A stretch of 64,000 nucleotides of DNA from Vicugna vicugna (GCA_013265495.1 MU058423.1:6486939-6550938); one strand, 5' to 3'; positions 41,351-55,790 are shown, counted from the first letter of the stretch. Made by a program: numbers and translations. Notes: generated by a model from the letters alone, not told the origin.

Positions 41351-42162
41351 TGTGATACTGGGATTTATAGTAAGAAATATATATTTGATCTCTTCCCCTG
41401 TTTATGGCACAGAGCTCCAAAACCCATAGAATCTTCTAATCAGTAAGAGCAAAACAACTGGTTTCTGTTACACTAAGGAGGTAAGTTTTGGACAACACTG
41501 AGGTGTGGTTGCCAGGAAAACCAACCACATAATTAGAGGGTTAGAAATTTCAGTCTCAATCCAGGAATGGGAGAGAGCCTGGAGGTTGAATCAATCACTG
41601 ATGGTCCATGATTTGATCAATCATGCCTATGTATAGAAGCCTCCATAGAAACTCACAAGGATGGAGTTTGGAGAGCTTCTGGGTAGTGAGCACATGGAGA
41701 TGTGGCAAAAGTGACTCACTCCAAGAGGACCTGGAAGCTCCATGCCCTTTTTTCATATCTCACCTTATACTTCTATCTGTCTGCTCCTGAGTTTTATCCT
41801 TTCATAATAAACCAATGATCTGGTGAGTAAACTGGCCTCCTGAGTTCTCTGAGCCACTCTCACAAATTAACCAAACCTAAAGAGAAGGTTTTTGGAATCT
41901 CCAGTCTATAGCCTTGATGAGTCAGAAGCCCAGGTTCTGGAGTTTTGATTGGCATCTGAAGTGGGGGTGGGGACAGTCTTGGAGGATTGAATCCTTACCT
42001 TGTGTAATTTGATGCTAATTCTGAGTAGGTAGTTTCAGAATTGAGTTGAATTATAGGACACTCCACTGGTTCAGAGAATTGCTTGTTGGTGGTGTGGGAA
42101 CATCCCCCTCCACCACCACCATATGTTGGTATTATGATCAGAATCTAATGATATATATTAAC

Positions 42163-42195
<33 letters not shown>

Positions 42196-42250
42196 AACTT
42201 CAGAAGTGAGAAAAAAAACAGATTAACTGAATGACACAAAAAATTGTTTG
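41351..42250 (+). mobile_element. MER21-type LTR
   Basis: tgtgatact...aagaaatatatatttg...ggcacagagctccaaaaccc...aattagagggttagaaatttcag. Confidence 0.8.
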
Positions 42251-42830
42251 TCTCTAATTCAAAAAGATACATGCACCCCAATGATCACAGCAGCACTATT
42301 AACAACGGCCAGGACATGGAAGCAACTTAAATGTCCATCAACAGATGACTGGATAAAGAAGTTGAAGTATATTTTTACAATGGAATATTACTCAGCCATA
42401 AAAAACAATAAAATAATGCCATTTGCAGCAACATGGATGGACCTGGAGATCGTCGTTTTAAGTGAAGTAAGCCAGAAAGAGAAAGAAAAATACCATATGA
42501 TATCACTTATATATGAAATCTGAAAAAATAAGACAAATGAACTTATTTTCAAAAGAGAAACAGACTCACAGACATAGAAAACAAACCTATGATTATGAGG
42601 AGGAAAGGGGGGAGTGGAGGGATGAGTGGGAGTTTAGGATTTGCAGATACTAACTACTGTACATAAAATAGTTACACAACAAGGTCCTACTGTATATAGC
42701 ACAAGGAACTATATTCAACGTCTTATAATAGCCTCTAGTGAAAAAGAATATGAAAAGGAATAAATGTATATGTATATAACTGAATCTGTATATGTATACA
42801 CCAGAAATTAAGAGAACATTGTAAAACACC
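42251..42830 (+). mobile_element. Lineage-specific L1 3' end, same family as 13030-13660
   Basis: Track ORF 42248-42523 (IQKDTCTPM...MPFAATWMDLE) plus 3'UTR. Confidence 0.92.
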
Positions 42831-43455
42831 TAAGGCAAGTTTGACCAGAGCAGTAGAGCCACAGTGAATAACAGAGAATAAGGGACTTGCAGAGATTTGA
42901 CTTCACACAATTGGTAGAGAATCTGTGTAAGGCTGTTGCCTCTGCATCTGGTGAAAATCCTAGAGTTGCTAAAAGTCAACTGAACTAGCAGCTGGAAAGA
43001 GTAGCTGCCTTTGAAGTAAGGGAGATCAAGGACAAACAGGAATTAGTAAAGACCAAGTGAAACTTGCATACCGCTTTCACCATCTTCAATCTTGATTATG
43101 CAGGTGACTTGCACAAACTGACGTCCTAAGCTAGGGTAGCATGTTTACCTAGTTCAGGACTTGGAGAAGCTAAAAGAGGGGATCTCAGGAGGGCCGGATG
43201 TGCTAAGAGTCTAGGTGCTTCCCCACAACACTAAGGGGAACCAGCAGATCAGAGGCAACATGCAACAGCTGTCGCAGTGCATGACATCCAGCACTGACTA
43301 TTAGAAAATAAAGGCTGCTGCTTCACTTATGCTTTCCAAATTTCAAGCAAAATTTTCACATAGCTAACCTTAACGTGGCAGCATTAAGACAAGGTAATTC
43401 TGGGAAATATAGTTCTACCTTAACTTAGGTGGCATAGTGCAAAGTCAAGACACTG
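42831..43455 (-). mobile_element. Ancient ERVL/MaLR-like LTR
   Basis: ctgtgtaaggctgttgcctctgcatctgg; aattctgggaaatatagttc. Confidence 0.5.
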
Positions 43456-43714
43456 TGATAAACTGAATCGCTTGTTTAAGATTAGACTATTAGTTTGCAA
43501 AAGATTCTAGGTTCTAGAGTAGAACCTAGATCCTCTGATTGCCAGTCTAATATTTGGTAGCATTGCAGATATACCCTAACAAGGTTAACTATTCATTACA
43601 TACCCCCTAAAATGAAAAACTAAACATTCTTAGAATGTTTGACAGTAGGGCACTTTTCCAAATAAAATATTTTCAGAAGTTCACAACGGAGAGAATTATT
43701 GATAGATACTTTAC

Positions 43715-43775
43715 CTGTCCATTGGATTATTAGAGAAAAAATACTTTGTATCAGATTGTAATTGCTCAACAACAT
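43715..43775 (-). pseudogene. Possible small exon remnant H
   Basis: Reads DVVEQLQSDTKYFFSNNPMDR with donor CAG|gtaaag. The acceptor appears mutated (tttctctgtatattg). Confidence 0.35.
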
Positions 43776-45249
43776 CAATATACAGAGAAACATACAAGCC
43801 AATATTTTCCCAAAGCATCACATTTTGCTTTCCTCTGCTTCACCAATGTATATTTCATCATAAATTAAAAAAAGCTTTTTTTAACCTAACTCAAGTAAAA
43901 ATAATATGAAAACATGTTCTTTCATGTGAACAATTTTATATTTTATTGACACAGACTTAATTAAAAAATCATTTTGTAAAGTATATTTCTTTGGAAAATC
44001 GTGTTTAATTCAGAAAGCTTAACTCTGGCATTTAATTTTATTTTGCACCACAATTAGAGGGTAACTTTTTTTCTTTTATATATATAAAAGAACATAAGTA
44101 CACATAAGTACAAAGAATAAAAGCCAAAATAAAATTTTAACTATAAATTTGTTCTCAATCTTAATGTTAAAATTACTTGCAAATACAAGAAAATTTCCCA
44201 ATTCTCATTGGGGAGAATTGACTTTTATTAAACATAATGACAAAACTTTTTTATTCTTCATGAGATTTAAATAGCTGCCAATGTAAATCCAGTACTCAAC
44301 TGCTAAAAGTATTCACCTTCAAATCTAAATAACAAATAAATCTGAACATTAGTATTCAGATCACTTATCACCAGCAATTAAGTATGCAGATAAATTAATA
44401 TGGTTCTCAGTAAGATAATGAAACCTCATTATAATATACATTATATATTTTCAGAGAAAGAGAAATCTGTGTGTACAATATGTATTATCTATTTAAAATG
44501 ATTCCATAAAACAACTGAATTTCCATGAATACTTTTTTCTACATTATTTTTAATTTTATTGCTTATTTTAAAACAAGATTATAATTCTTATAACTTTTAG
44601 TCTAAATAAACTCTGGTGTAACAGAATGCTTCATTTTTAGGATATGGTTCTTTGGGGCAAATAACTGAGTACTTACTGTATACCTGGTACTAAGATTACC
44701 GCATTTTGTTATTTAAGTTTTTATCAACCTAATAAAGTAGTTTTTTACTATTGTGTTTTATAGATAAAGAAAATTAAGTACATTAGAAGTTAAATAATTT
44801 GTAAAATATTGGTATGATGCTGTTGAGAAATTGTCAGAATACTGGACAGAAAAGTTGAAGCAGTGCAATGTGGAAGAACTACTCTTTCTAGACATACGAG
44901 GTCAGGATAAAATAGAGATAATACGTTCATTGAAAAAAAAAGAAAATTCTTCCCTAGTATGTAAAAGAAAACAATCACATCAGAAATACATTCTACTCAA
45001 TAATGACAAAGAGACAGATGACCAAATGAATAGTGCAGATGCTTTTATAGGCTCTATAAAGATGGTCTACATGATAACAAGTGGTCACAGTATTATTATT
45101 ATCAGAATTATTATGATTATGATTATGGACTTGCTTGAAATAATTTTCTTTCTTTTACTTCTTCCAAACTTATAACATCAATAAATATACTGTAGGTGTT
45201 CTGCTTCCAGTATGGAGTAGTAAGCACTTAAAAACAAGTCTTTTGTAAC

Positions 45250-48200
45250 ATAAGCTAGATATCTAGAAACTGATTCTAAATTTTAAATGGAGAGACAAAA
45301 TACCCAGAATAGCCAACACAATATTGAAGGACAAGAACAAATTTAGAGGACCAAGGCTTAAAACTGAACAATAATTAAACAAACAACCCAATTAAAAAAT
45401 GGACCAAAGACCTAAACAGATACCTCACCAAAGAAGATGTCCAATTAAAACTGTGATAGATGTTCATAGAACTTTATTCATAATTGCCAAAACTGGAAGC
45501 AACCAAGATGTCTTTCATTAGAAGAATGGATAAATAAACTGTAGTACATGCAAACAATGGAATGCTATTCAGTACTAAAAGCAAGGTAACTTAGAGTTAA
45601 ACTACTGAAACCACACATATAAAGAAAACTTGAAAGAATTCAGAGAGTGAATTCTTATTTATCAAATAAAGGGGAAAAAATTAACATGACTATAAAATTC
45701 TCATAAGAGAACATAGAAGCAAAGAGAGGGAAATAATATCTTTAGGTGCTGAAATAATAAATTTTCAACCTAGAAATTGATATCAACTGCTTCCTCCATT
45801 ATTAACATCTCCCACTTGGGTGGTACGTTTGTTAAAATTGTTGAACCTACATAATCATCCAAAGTCCATAGTTCATATTATGTTTCACTCTTAGTGCTGT
45901 ACATTCTTAAGGTTGGATAAATATGTCAGAACATGTATCCATCATTATGGTATCATACAGATTATTTTCACTGTTCTAAAAGTCCTCTGTTCTCTGCTTA
46001 TTCATCCCTACTTCCTCCCACTGACTCTAGCCCCTGGCAACCCCTGATCTTTTCACTGTCCACATAGTTTTATATTTTCCAGAATGTTATATACTTGGAA
46101 TCATACAGTGTGTAGCCTTTTCAGATTGGCTTCTGTCACTTAGTATATGAATTTAAAATTCCTTTATGTCTTTTTATGGCTTGATAGCTCATTGATATAA
46201 ACTGAAGATATTCTTCAAAAATAAAGATAAATATTGGGAATTCGAGGTTTGCAGATACTAAACAACACGTTTATACTGTATAACACAGGGAACTATATTT
46301 AATATTTTGTAGTAGCTTATGGTGAAAAAGAATATGAAAATGAATATATGTATGTTCCTATATGACTGAAGTATTGTGCTTTACACCAGAAATTGACACA
46401 ACATTGTAAACTGACTATACTTCAATAAAAATATATATTAAAAAAAGAATAAAGATAAGATAAAAACAACTTATGAAGAAGGAAAACTAAAAGATTTGTT
46501 GGTAACAGAAGTGAACTGTAGGAAATGCTAATGGGTGTTTTTCAGGATAAGACATAGTGATACTAAGGGAACCATTTATCTTCAGGAATGAAGAAGAGCA
46601 TTAAGAATGACAAATAACTGGAATAATATATTTTAAAACAATTTTGTGTCCTAAAGGTTTTTAAATAAAAAGAATTGTTCATGTCTAAGGTAAAAATGCC
46701 TTATAGGTATAATACATATGACAACTATATCACAAAGGATAGGGAGGAAAATAAACAGAACTTTATGGTTACCAAGTTTCTACATTTTTCATAAAGTGGC
46801 ACAATATTAACTCAAAATTCTGTGAAAAGATAAGGATAAATATTTTAATCTCAGAGTATTCCCTAGAAGTAATGCAAAGAGATACAGCTAAAAAGACAAT
46901 ATATAAATTTAAACAAATTCCACAATATATTTAAGTAATTTAAATACAAAGATGATTGTTCAACATAAAAGACATTTTTGTAACATAAGGTATATCAGGA
47001 AGACATAATATTCATAAATGTACTTATGCCTAATATTGGAGGCTGTAAGTACACAAATATACAATGCAAAAAATGAAAAGAATTGAAGTCAGAAACAAAC
47101 ATCTCCACACATAAACCAGGAGATTTTAGCATCTTGCTTACAGAAATTAATAGAATAACAATGATAAAAATAATAAGTGAAGACAGAGAATATCTGATAT
47201 ATCTCTATCATCTACACTTAATTGATCTTTTAAAAAGACTACTCTAAAAAAAATAGGACCCTTACTAAACACTATATACAAAAATTAACTTAAAATGGAG
47301 CCATCCCCTAAATGTAAGACCTAAAACTATAAAACTGTTAGAAGAAAACATAGGGCAAAATCTTCATGACACTGAATTTTGCAATGTCTTCTTGGATATG
47401 ATACCAAGGCACAGGCAATAAAAGGAAAATAGGCAATTGAACTTCATGAAAAATTTTTAAAAACACTATCAAGAGACACTATCAAAGGCAGCCCATAGAA
47501 TGGGAGACATTTTCAAATCACATGTCTGTTAAGGGATTAATACCCAGAATATACAGGTAATTCCTAAAACTCAACAACAAAAACTGAACGACTCAGTTCA
47601 AAATTGAGCAAATGATTAGAATACACATTTCTCAAAAAAAAGATACTCAAATGGTCAATAAATACATGAAGAGATGATTAGCATCATTAATCATTAGAGA
47701 AATGCAAGTCAAAACTACTATGAGATATCTCATACTCCCCAGAATGGCTGCTATCAAAAAACAAATGAACAAACAGAAACAGAAAATAATAAGTGTAAGA
47801 GAGGATGTAAAGGAATTGGAACACTTACACACTCTTGGTGGGAATTTAAAGTGGTATAGCCACTGTGAAAATGGTAGGTGGTTCCTCAAAAAAATAAAAA
47901 TAGAATTACCATATGATCCAACAATTTTACTTCTGGGTATATACTCAGAAGAACTGAGAGCAGAATCTCAATGAGATATTTGTATACTCATGTTAATAGC
48001 ACCATTATTCATAATAGCTAAAATACAGAAGCAACATGAGTGTCCATCAAAAGATGAATGGTTAAGAAAATATGACATATACATACACTAGAATATTATC
48101 CAGACTTAAAGAGGAAGGAAATTCTGACATGTGCAACCACATAAATGAACCCTAAGGACATTTTGCTAAGTGAAATAGGCCAGTCACGAAAAGACAAATA

Positions 48201-51200
48201 ACAGATTCCACTTGTAGGTGGCAATTAGAATAGTTAAACCATAGAGACAGAAAGTAGAATGGTGGCTGTCAAGGACTGGAGGGACAGGAGATGGACAGTT
48301 ATTGTGTAATGGGTATAGGGTTTCAGTTTTGCAAAGTGAAAAGAGTTCTGAAGATGGATGGTAATGATGGTTGCACAATATGATTTAACTTAATGTCACT
48401 GAACTGTACATTCAAAATGGTTAAGATAGATAGTAAAATTTATATTATGTGTATTTTATCACAATTTTTAAAAATTGGAAAAAGATACTAGGACATTATA
48501 ATGAACAACTTTATACCAACGTATTTAAAAACCTAAATGAAATTTTAAAATTCTTTGAAAAATGCAAGTTTATAAAATTGACACAAAATAAAGTAGAAAA
48601 TCACATAGTCCTATATCTATTAAGAAATTATTATTTTCCAGAAACTTTCCCATCAAGAAACCTCTAGGTCTAGATTGTTTCACTGGTAAATTCTATCACA
48701 AATTCAAAGAATGAATATTACAAAATTTATATAAAATATTTCAAAAATAGAGGGCATGAGAATACTTTTTGTATTTTAAGTCAGTTTAATATGATACCGA
48801 AATTAGACAGAAATATTACAGAGAAAAAATTTTTAATACAGCCTCAAAAGATATAAAATCAGTCTCAACAAGACATAAAAATGATGATGTATCATAGCAA
48901 AGTAGGACATTTTATACAACGCAAAGTACTTTAATATCTGAATATCAGTCGATATAATTCTCCACATCAATAGGAAAAAAGACAAAGATGTTAAGATCAT
49001 TTTCATAAGTGAAGAGAAAGGTATTTAATAAAATTCAATTGCCAAAATGATAAAAACTCTCAGCAAACTAGGACTAGAAGGAAATTATTGAACTTAATTG
49101 GGGCATATAAAAAACTTACAGCTGACATCATATTTAACAGTAAAATACTAATCACCTTTCTCTTAAAAAAAAAAAAGCAAGATGTCTGCACTCAGGACTT
49201 CTACTCAATATTGTACAGAAAAACCAAACTAGAGCATAAGGCAAGCAAAACATAACTTAAAATGCAAGGTCATATAGATTAGAGAGGAAAATTAAAACTG
49301 TCTGCATTTGTAAATGACATAATTATTGAATGTGAAATCCTAAGGAATCAACAAAGCTATTATGAGAATTAATAAGCAATTTTAGCTAAAAAGGTTGTAA
49401 GATAAAAATTTAATATACAAAAATCAATGTAGGTCTATATTAGCAAATATTTAATTAGTAATAATTGAAGTTAAAATATTACACTTATATTAACTTTTAA
49501 AATGGAGACAAAAGCATAAAATTCTTGGTCATAAATATAAGAGATGTGCAAGACCACTTCACTGAAAATTCCAGAACAATAATGGGACTGAGATACTCAG
49601 TACTGTTAAAAATGTCCATTTTTACTAACTTGACTTACAGTATCAAGACAATCTCAACTAAAATGTCAATAGATTTTCTATAGAAAATGACATCACTTAA
49701 AAATTTATTTGAAAATACAAGTGACCTAGAATGACCAAAGCAATTTTGAAAGAGAAGAAAGTTGAAGAAATCACAATACTGAATTGTTAGACTAACTATA
49801 AAGCTACAGTAAACAAGCAGATGCCAAGATGGCAGAGTAGGACACTCTTAGCTCACCCTCTCCCACAAATACACTAAGAGAGACACTTATGGACCTGCCC
49901 ATTCACTTAGAACACCTGCTGAACTTTGACAGAACATCACCTAGTTCAAAAGACAAAATTCTTTACAAAATCTGATACCTTTGAAGACCTGTGCCTCTAA
50001 GACAAACAAGTAAGGAGCAGAGATCTGGTTCACAGCTAAGGTGAGCCCAGGAGCTGCATTTTCAGCAGACCTGTGAGCAAACAGCACATGGGCTCAGCAC
50101 TGGGGACAGTGGTGACACGACAGTGCACCACAACCCAGGTGTGTGACTGCATGATTACTACAGTGGACTCTGATGTCTGAGGATCTGCATTGGTAGCTCT
50201 GAGGGCAGAGAATCTGGGGGAAACCAGAGCAGAGTACTGAGATTTCCGTGGTTCCTGTGGCTAAAGTGGGGACAAGGGCAGGGTCACAAGAGTACTTGAA
50301 GCACTCCAACTCCTCCTACCAAAACCTGCAGCTCAGAAACAGGTCTAGAAGCCTCCATTCCAACAAAAGGGAAACAAACCCCACCCCTGTCAGGGCTGTG
50401 ACAACCACAGAATAAAAAAGGAGGTCCTGCTCAACAACCAGGCCAGGCTCTGATCACCACAACACCAGCCACACCCTCAGTTAAAAGGGTAACAGCCAAC
50501 ACATGGAAGAAAGATGACACAACCATCCATGCTAAAACAGACCCTGCAACAAAATTATTAGAGGCACACAGGCTACACAGGAATGCATCCTCTTAAAAAA
50601 AAAATAGGAGGAAAAATAAAAGCCCTTCAGGACCACAGAGGAAAATTGACACTCCTTAATCCATAAAGCCAAAGAAATATAAGTAAAATAAAGAAGCAGA
50701 GAAACTACTTCCAATTAAAAGAACAAGAGAACTCCCCTGAAAGAATGATCAATGAAACGGATCTCAACAGTCTACTAGATCATGACTTCAAAAAGGGGAT
50801 GATAAAAGCACTGAATGAAATAAGAGAGACAATGAATAAAAATGCAGAATACTGTAAAAAGGAAATAGAAACTATAAAGAGGAGCTAATTACAAACAGAA
50901 AACTCAGTGGCTGAGATAAGAGCTGAGCTAAAGGCAGCCAAAAGCAGACTGGATAAGGCAGAGGGATGGATAAGTAACTTAGATGGGATAACAGATATCA
51001 CCCAATCAGAACAGCATTCAGAAAAGAAATGGCACATGAGTAATACAAAAAACCAGATTATTTATATCTGCATGGATTCATAAAGCACAGATGAATCTTA
51101 ATAATGATGACTGAAGGAACTCAGTCAGAAAAGAAAGAGTACATACCATACAATTTCAATTTTAGGAAATTCCAGAAAATACAACATAGACCTACAGTGA

Positions 51201-51410
51201 CAGAAAGTAAACCAGTGGTTGTCTGGAGCCAGAGATAGAAGAAGGAACAGAGGCGATGGGCTTGAGAATGTTTTGAGGCTGATGGTAATGTTCTGTTACC
51301 TTGTTTGAGGTGGTGGTTTCTCAGATGTATCTGTCAAAAGTCATTAAATGGTTCACTGTAGTGGATGCAACCTATTGTATGTAAATTATATCACAGCAAT
51401 GTTGATTAAG
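45250..51410 (+). mobile_element. Nested L1 cluster: old ORF1/ORF2 pieces, antisense L1MC 3' end (45790-46195), young 3' end (46231-46447), L1MB-like 3' part (47250-48478), L1 5'UTR/ORF1 (49820-51025), L1ME-like 3' end
   Basis: Track ORF 47702-47974 (MQVKTTMRY...IELPYDPTI); ccaagatggcagagtagg 5' start; TSD aataaagataa at 46220 and 46448. Confidence 0.85.
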
Positions 51411-51594
51411 TGTAAAACTGCATACTGTAAAACCTAAAATATTGAGAACACATAGCATTAAGAATATACACAAAGGTGCTTAAAAGCCCCCCCCGCCCTC
51501 AATTAACTTAATCTCTTGAATGAATGAACAGAATGAAATATTATATTCGTTCACTTGGTAAAAGAATTTAAAATGCTCTTATTTGTCTGCTTAC

Positions 51595-51832
51595 CACAAA
51601 GGGTTTATGGTGAAACATCGATACGGTAAGCCAAAGACCACCAAAATCCTCTGCCTTACTTTAATGGAAGTTGTTTTTTTCCTTTTAATCACAGAAAGTT
51701 GAATGATATGATACAATGAAAAAGATTTGTGATTTTTTTTAACAGAGAGGAATTGGCTGAAGATACAAAGAGTAGAAACTGTTGAGCATGTCACCACAGA
51801 TTCCTCAAAAATGAGTGTTGAAAGCATAGAAT
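51595..51832 (-). pseudogene. Possible linker exon remnant G2
   Basis: ttccttttggagttag| ... TTGTG|gtaagc. The 105-aa ORF in the track ends at this donor. Confidence 0.4.
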
Positions 51833-52049
51833 CTAACTCCAAAAGGAACGTAGCAAAAAATGTAAATAAATAAAAACTATTTAAAAAACAAACTCTAAAA
51901 TACAACACAAAAACAGTTTCTGTTGCAAGGATAGACTATATATTTTTATAGTGGATATAAACTATACACATTATAAATCTCTGAAACAATAGAATGCTAC
52001 ATTAAAAGCCTTAAAAATCTTCCCAATGTATAAAATCATATCCCAGTAA

Positions 52050-52350
52050 GAAATTTGCTCGTTATTCCATTTTTGCAAAAAAGTATTTTTTTCTGTCTTC
52101 ATTTCTGTGTTCTTTTCTTTCCCGAGTATCATTTATTACTGATATTTGAAAAAGTCTGCCCTATGAACAGGCTCAACATTAGCAAGAAGCCACTATTGTC
52201 TTCCTGCTCTGAGGTTGGTGATCTATTTTTTGGTTCTAAAACCCTGTTACTTTCAAAGCTATTCAATTGTCAAAGAAGTAATTCTTTGTTCCACTCTGGG
52301 ATAGAATACCCACGTCTGGTCATGAATCATTGAAAAGGTAACAAAAAAAT
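52050..52350 (-). pseudogene. Possible linker exon remnant G
   Basis: Acceptor ttctgtatttcctgtgaag| in phase 1, reading DFFVTFSMIHDQTWVFYP. No intact donor found. Confidence 0.3.
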
Positions 52351-52879
52351 CTTCACAGGAAATACAGAAAATGATAGGTTTTCTCCAGTATAAAAAAAAT
52401 GTATAATTGAGTAAGAGTTTAATTTTTGAAATTTTTCAGCTTGGTACTGTTAAAATGCAATACATAGTGAAGAATTATATACTTTTTGTTAAAATATAAT
52501 TAATAAGTATATTTAGCATTTGTGTTTTATATTTATATATACTTACATGCTATATATTATTCTATTATAGAAATTTATGAAAACTATCCTTTATATGGCA
52601 TCATAATAACTAAAGAAAAAAACTGACATTTTAAATTAATTTATTTTTAACATTTATATATAGATAACATTGTCCTGGTTAACAAAAATTTATATAGATA
52701 ATGGAGATCACTGTAGAGCAAATATTGTTTTATTCCATAGAAAAAGACTAATTTAACATGGACTACAAAAACAATAAGTTCAGTTTGGAAGATGGAGAAA
52801 ATTTAAACCACCTGACTCTAGGAGGTTCTCTTATAGTAGACACACCTCCTTAGCAGAACTATGCTCTGCTAGGCCAGAA

Positions 52880-53110
52880 AAGGAGGAAAGCACTGAGGTT
52901 AAGAGTATTAGATTTGAAATAGCTGAATGCATCGTTTGCTAGCTAGGAGACCCTGAGAAAGTATTTTTACTTCCTTGAATGTTGGTTTCCTCCTATATAG
53001 GATGGAAATAACTGTAAGTACCCCATGGCATCTGCAAGGATTCAGTATCATCATATATGAAAGCATTTAGCAGAGTGACTGCCAAGTAGTAAATACTCAG
53101 TAAATGACGG
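52880..53110 (+). mobile_element. MIR SINE
   Basis: ggtttcctcctatataggatggaaataac...tgaaagcatttagcagagtgactgccaagtagtaaatactcagtaaatg. Confidence 0.75.
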
Positions 53111-53717
53111 CTTTAGTTCAAAAATTATTCTTTCTTCAGAATTGAAAATTGGTTCTAATCCACACCTCTCAAAAACTTTTGAAACTCAAAGTGTCAGAAG
53201 GAAGACCCTGGAGCAAGACTTTTTACTAATAAATTATGAACAACTAGGTAGCATTGTATAACCTACTGAAAATAAAACAATGTTTTGAAAACAAATATAT
53301 ATGTTCAAAAGAAGGAGCCCTTTATTTTACATTTGAAAATTTTTTGAATTTTTTCAATAACTTTACTTCAATAGTTAGAAATAAAACCAACTTTTAGTAT
53401 ATATTCTACTTCCTAATCTAGCTGCATGTTCAGAATGTCTTTCTATGAATTATAGCCCAGTTAGTTCTATCAGGTATCATAATGAGAAAATTTGGAGAAT
53501 ATAGATTGGCTATACCTCTAAATGGAAGCATACCATTTGTCTCTGCTTTATATAATTTAATGAATGAATAAGCTTCTTGAAAAGATTTCCTTCATTCTAG
53601 AAAGTTTATAACCTTTTACTGGGTCTAATGGTATCTTTTTATGAATCATATCATCACTTTTTAGCGACAAGCATTTGCCACTAAATAATATACAGTTATA
53701 ATTTAAAAATGCCTTAT

Positions 53718-53840
53718 CTCACAGCAAAAAAAAGTGACAATGAATATATGTATGTTCATGCATAATTGAAAAATTGTGCCCTACACTGGAATTTGACACA
53801 ACATTGTAAAATGACTATAACTCAATAAAAAGAGGTTTAA
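53718..53840 (+). mobile_element. Very short young L1 3' end with 13-bp TSD
   Basis: TSD aaaaatgccttat at 53705-53717 and 53841-53853. Confidence 0.85.
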
Positions 53841-54334
53841 AAAAATGCCTTATTGCTTCCTCATTTTCCTAGAAGCAAACAAAAATACTGGAAATATTTT
53901 ACCCTTCAATAGGAAACCTTAAATAAATTACATTATATTTATACTACAGTATCCTATCTAGTCATTAAAAAAGATGAAGTAGAACTATACTTACTGACAT
54001 GGTTTTAACTCCAAAATAAATATTTGGGTGAAAAAAATATTTTATAGCATATGACATGTATATAGAGAGATCGATTCGATGACAGATAGATAGACAAATA
54101 GGATAGATAGGTGTAAAAATACATTTTTCTCAGATTTTGTGACAATAGATCCAAAAGCATGAATAAGCTCAGTGACAAAGTGTGTACAGTTTTGGGAAAA
54201 GAAAGGCAGATTCACATACACTACAGTTTTGTGTGTGTGTGTGTCTATTTGTGTTTTGTATTATCCAATGCCACCTGAACGTGTCCATGAATACACAGAG
54301 ATTCCATAAGCCTTAATGGGAAATCAGGATTTAC

Positions 54335-55033
54335 CATTGGAAGTTGTGTGATCATCACACTTTATCTGAAGAATATTTCACTAGTGTTCTATCTCCATTA
54401 AAATTGAATTTTTAGTATTCTAAAACACACTATCATCAATTTTTTGAGCTGGTCCTCTAGCTTGAGAAATGAGGTCTAACACAAATCTGTGGAAAGATTG
54501 CCACCCAGATCTAGTTCTCTCCTCCGTATTGAATCTGATTATTTTGCTTAAAAATGTAAGCAGTATTTTCTTTCTGAAGTGGTTATTTCTTTGCATCCAA
54601 GCTTTGGGACCTATATGCATTTTCTAGACCTCATCTTTATTATCATGAAAACATCAAATAAATTCTTCAAATAATTCTAGCATTTGTCTAGAACAAAAAG
54701 TCTTAATGATTCTGTATCTTCAGTGGGGGATTGCCTTAAGCCATTTTTTGTCCCTGAAACAAAGTTCTTTACACTCTGAGATATGTTTCTAAACCTTTAC
54801 CTCATTGTAAATCGTACCATCAAGGTCCCTGGGAAGCTATCTGAATTATTCTTCTCTGCGTCATGTGCAGATTGTGCCAAAGATATTTTTACTGTAGGCT
54901 TGTGCACTCTACTAATATTTTCATTGGCCAAAACTGGACTTGCCAGAGTAATACTCATAATTATCTGAGCTCTGATCATATTTTCTTACATCCACTTGTT
55001 TCATATGGAATTCTCAGGCATTTTCAAGCTTGC
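54335..55033 (-). pseudogene. Exon remnant F: large linker exon (699 nt)
   Basis: Strong acceptor ccttttcagtcctttttttatacacag| and donor CAATG|gtaaat. Coding-like interrupted frames: KLENA*EFHMKQVDVRKYDQSSDNYEYYSG... and AHDAEKNNSDSFPGTLMVRFTMR*RFRNISQSVKNF... Confidence 0.55.
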
Positions 55034-55114
55034 CTGTGTATAAAAAAAGGACTGAAAAGGAAAGTGTAGCAAGCTTTTCAACTAATATTTATATTTTTTT
55101 GGGGGGGGGAGGGT

Positions 55115-55790
55115 AATAAAGAGTTACTTCAATCAAAATGACGTTATTAGTATGGACCCTAAATTCAATATGACATATGTCCTTATAAGAAGAGGAAATT
55201 TGGACACAGACATAGAAGGAAAATTATACGGAGATACAGAGAGAAGATGGCAACGTGCAAGCCAAGGAGAGAGGCCTAGAAAGACCCTTCCTTCACGGTC
55301 CTAAGAAGGAACCAACTCTGTGGACACTTTGACCTTGGACTCCAAGCCATCAGAACTGTGAGAGAACAATTTCTGTTGTTTAACAAACAAAATCATAGAA
55401 ACAGAGAAAAAGAGACCAGATTAGTGGTTATGAGAGGCAGGTGAAGTTTGAGGAAGGAAGAACTGGATGAAGGCAGTCAAAAAGTACACATTTTTAGTTT
55501 TAAGATAAATAAGTACTAGGTATATAACATACAACATGATAAGTACAATTAACTCTGCTCTATGTTATATATAAAAGTTGTTAAGAGAGTAAATCCTAAG
55601 AGCTTAATTGGGCTTTTTTTGTTTGTTTCTTTAATTTTGTAGCTACATGAGATGACGGATGTTCACTAAGCTTATTGTGATAAACACATCATGATGTATG
55701 TAAATACAAATCATTATGTTATATGCTTTAAACTTATACAATGCTGTATGACAATTATACCTCAATAAAACTGGAAGGAAAAAAACAGAA
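55115..55790 (+). mobile_element. MLT1A/B LTR fragment (55115-55385) followed by an L1M 3' end (55386-55790)
   Basis: gtccttataagaagaggaaatttggacacagac; tatacctcaataaaactggaaggaaaaaa. Confidence 0.8.

Noticed and set aside
42248..42523. 91-aa ORF with a clean start and stop
   Set aside because: L1 ORF2 C-terminus / 3' end, not a host gene.
43506..43530. Perfect 11-bp hairpin, with similar ones at 60464-60491 and 35339-35359
   Set aside because: Short AT-rich inverted repeats like these arise readily by chance or template switching, and there is no ncRNA context.
44831..45175. 114-aa plus-strand ORF
   Set aside because: Non-ATG start, overlaps a MIR remnant and a low-complexity (ATT/GAT)n tract, and has no recognisable homology.
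54335..55033. Initial idea that this segment is a CR1/L3 ORF2 or a Nexin_C fragment
   Set aside because: No endonuclease or RT motifs, and its position between PXA and PX fits a linker exon. The better Nexin_C match is at 14.0-15.0 kb.
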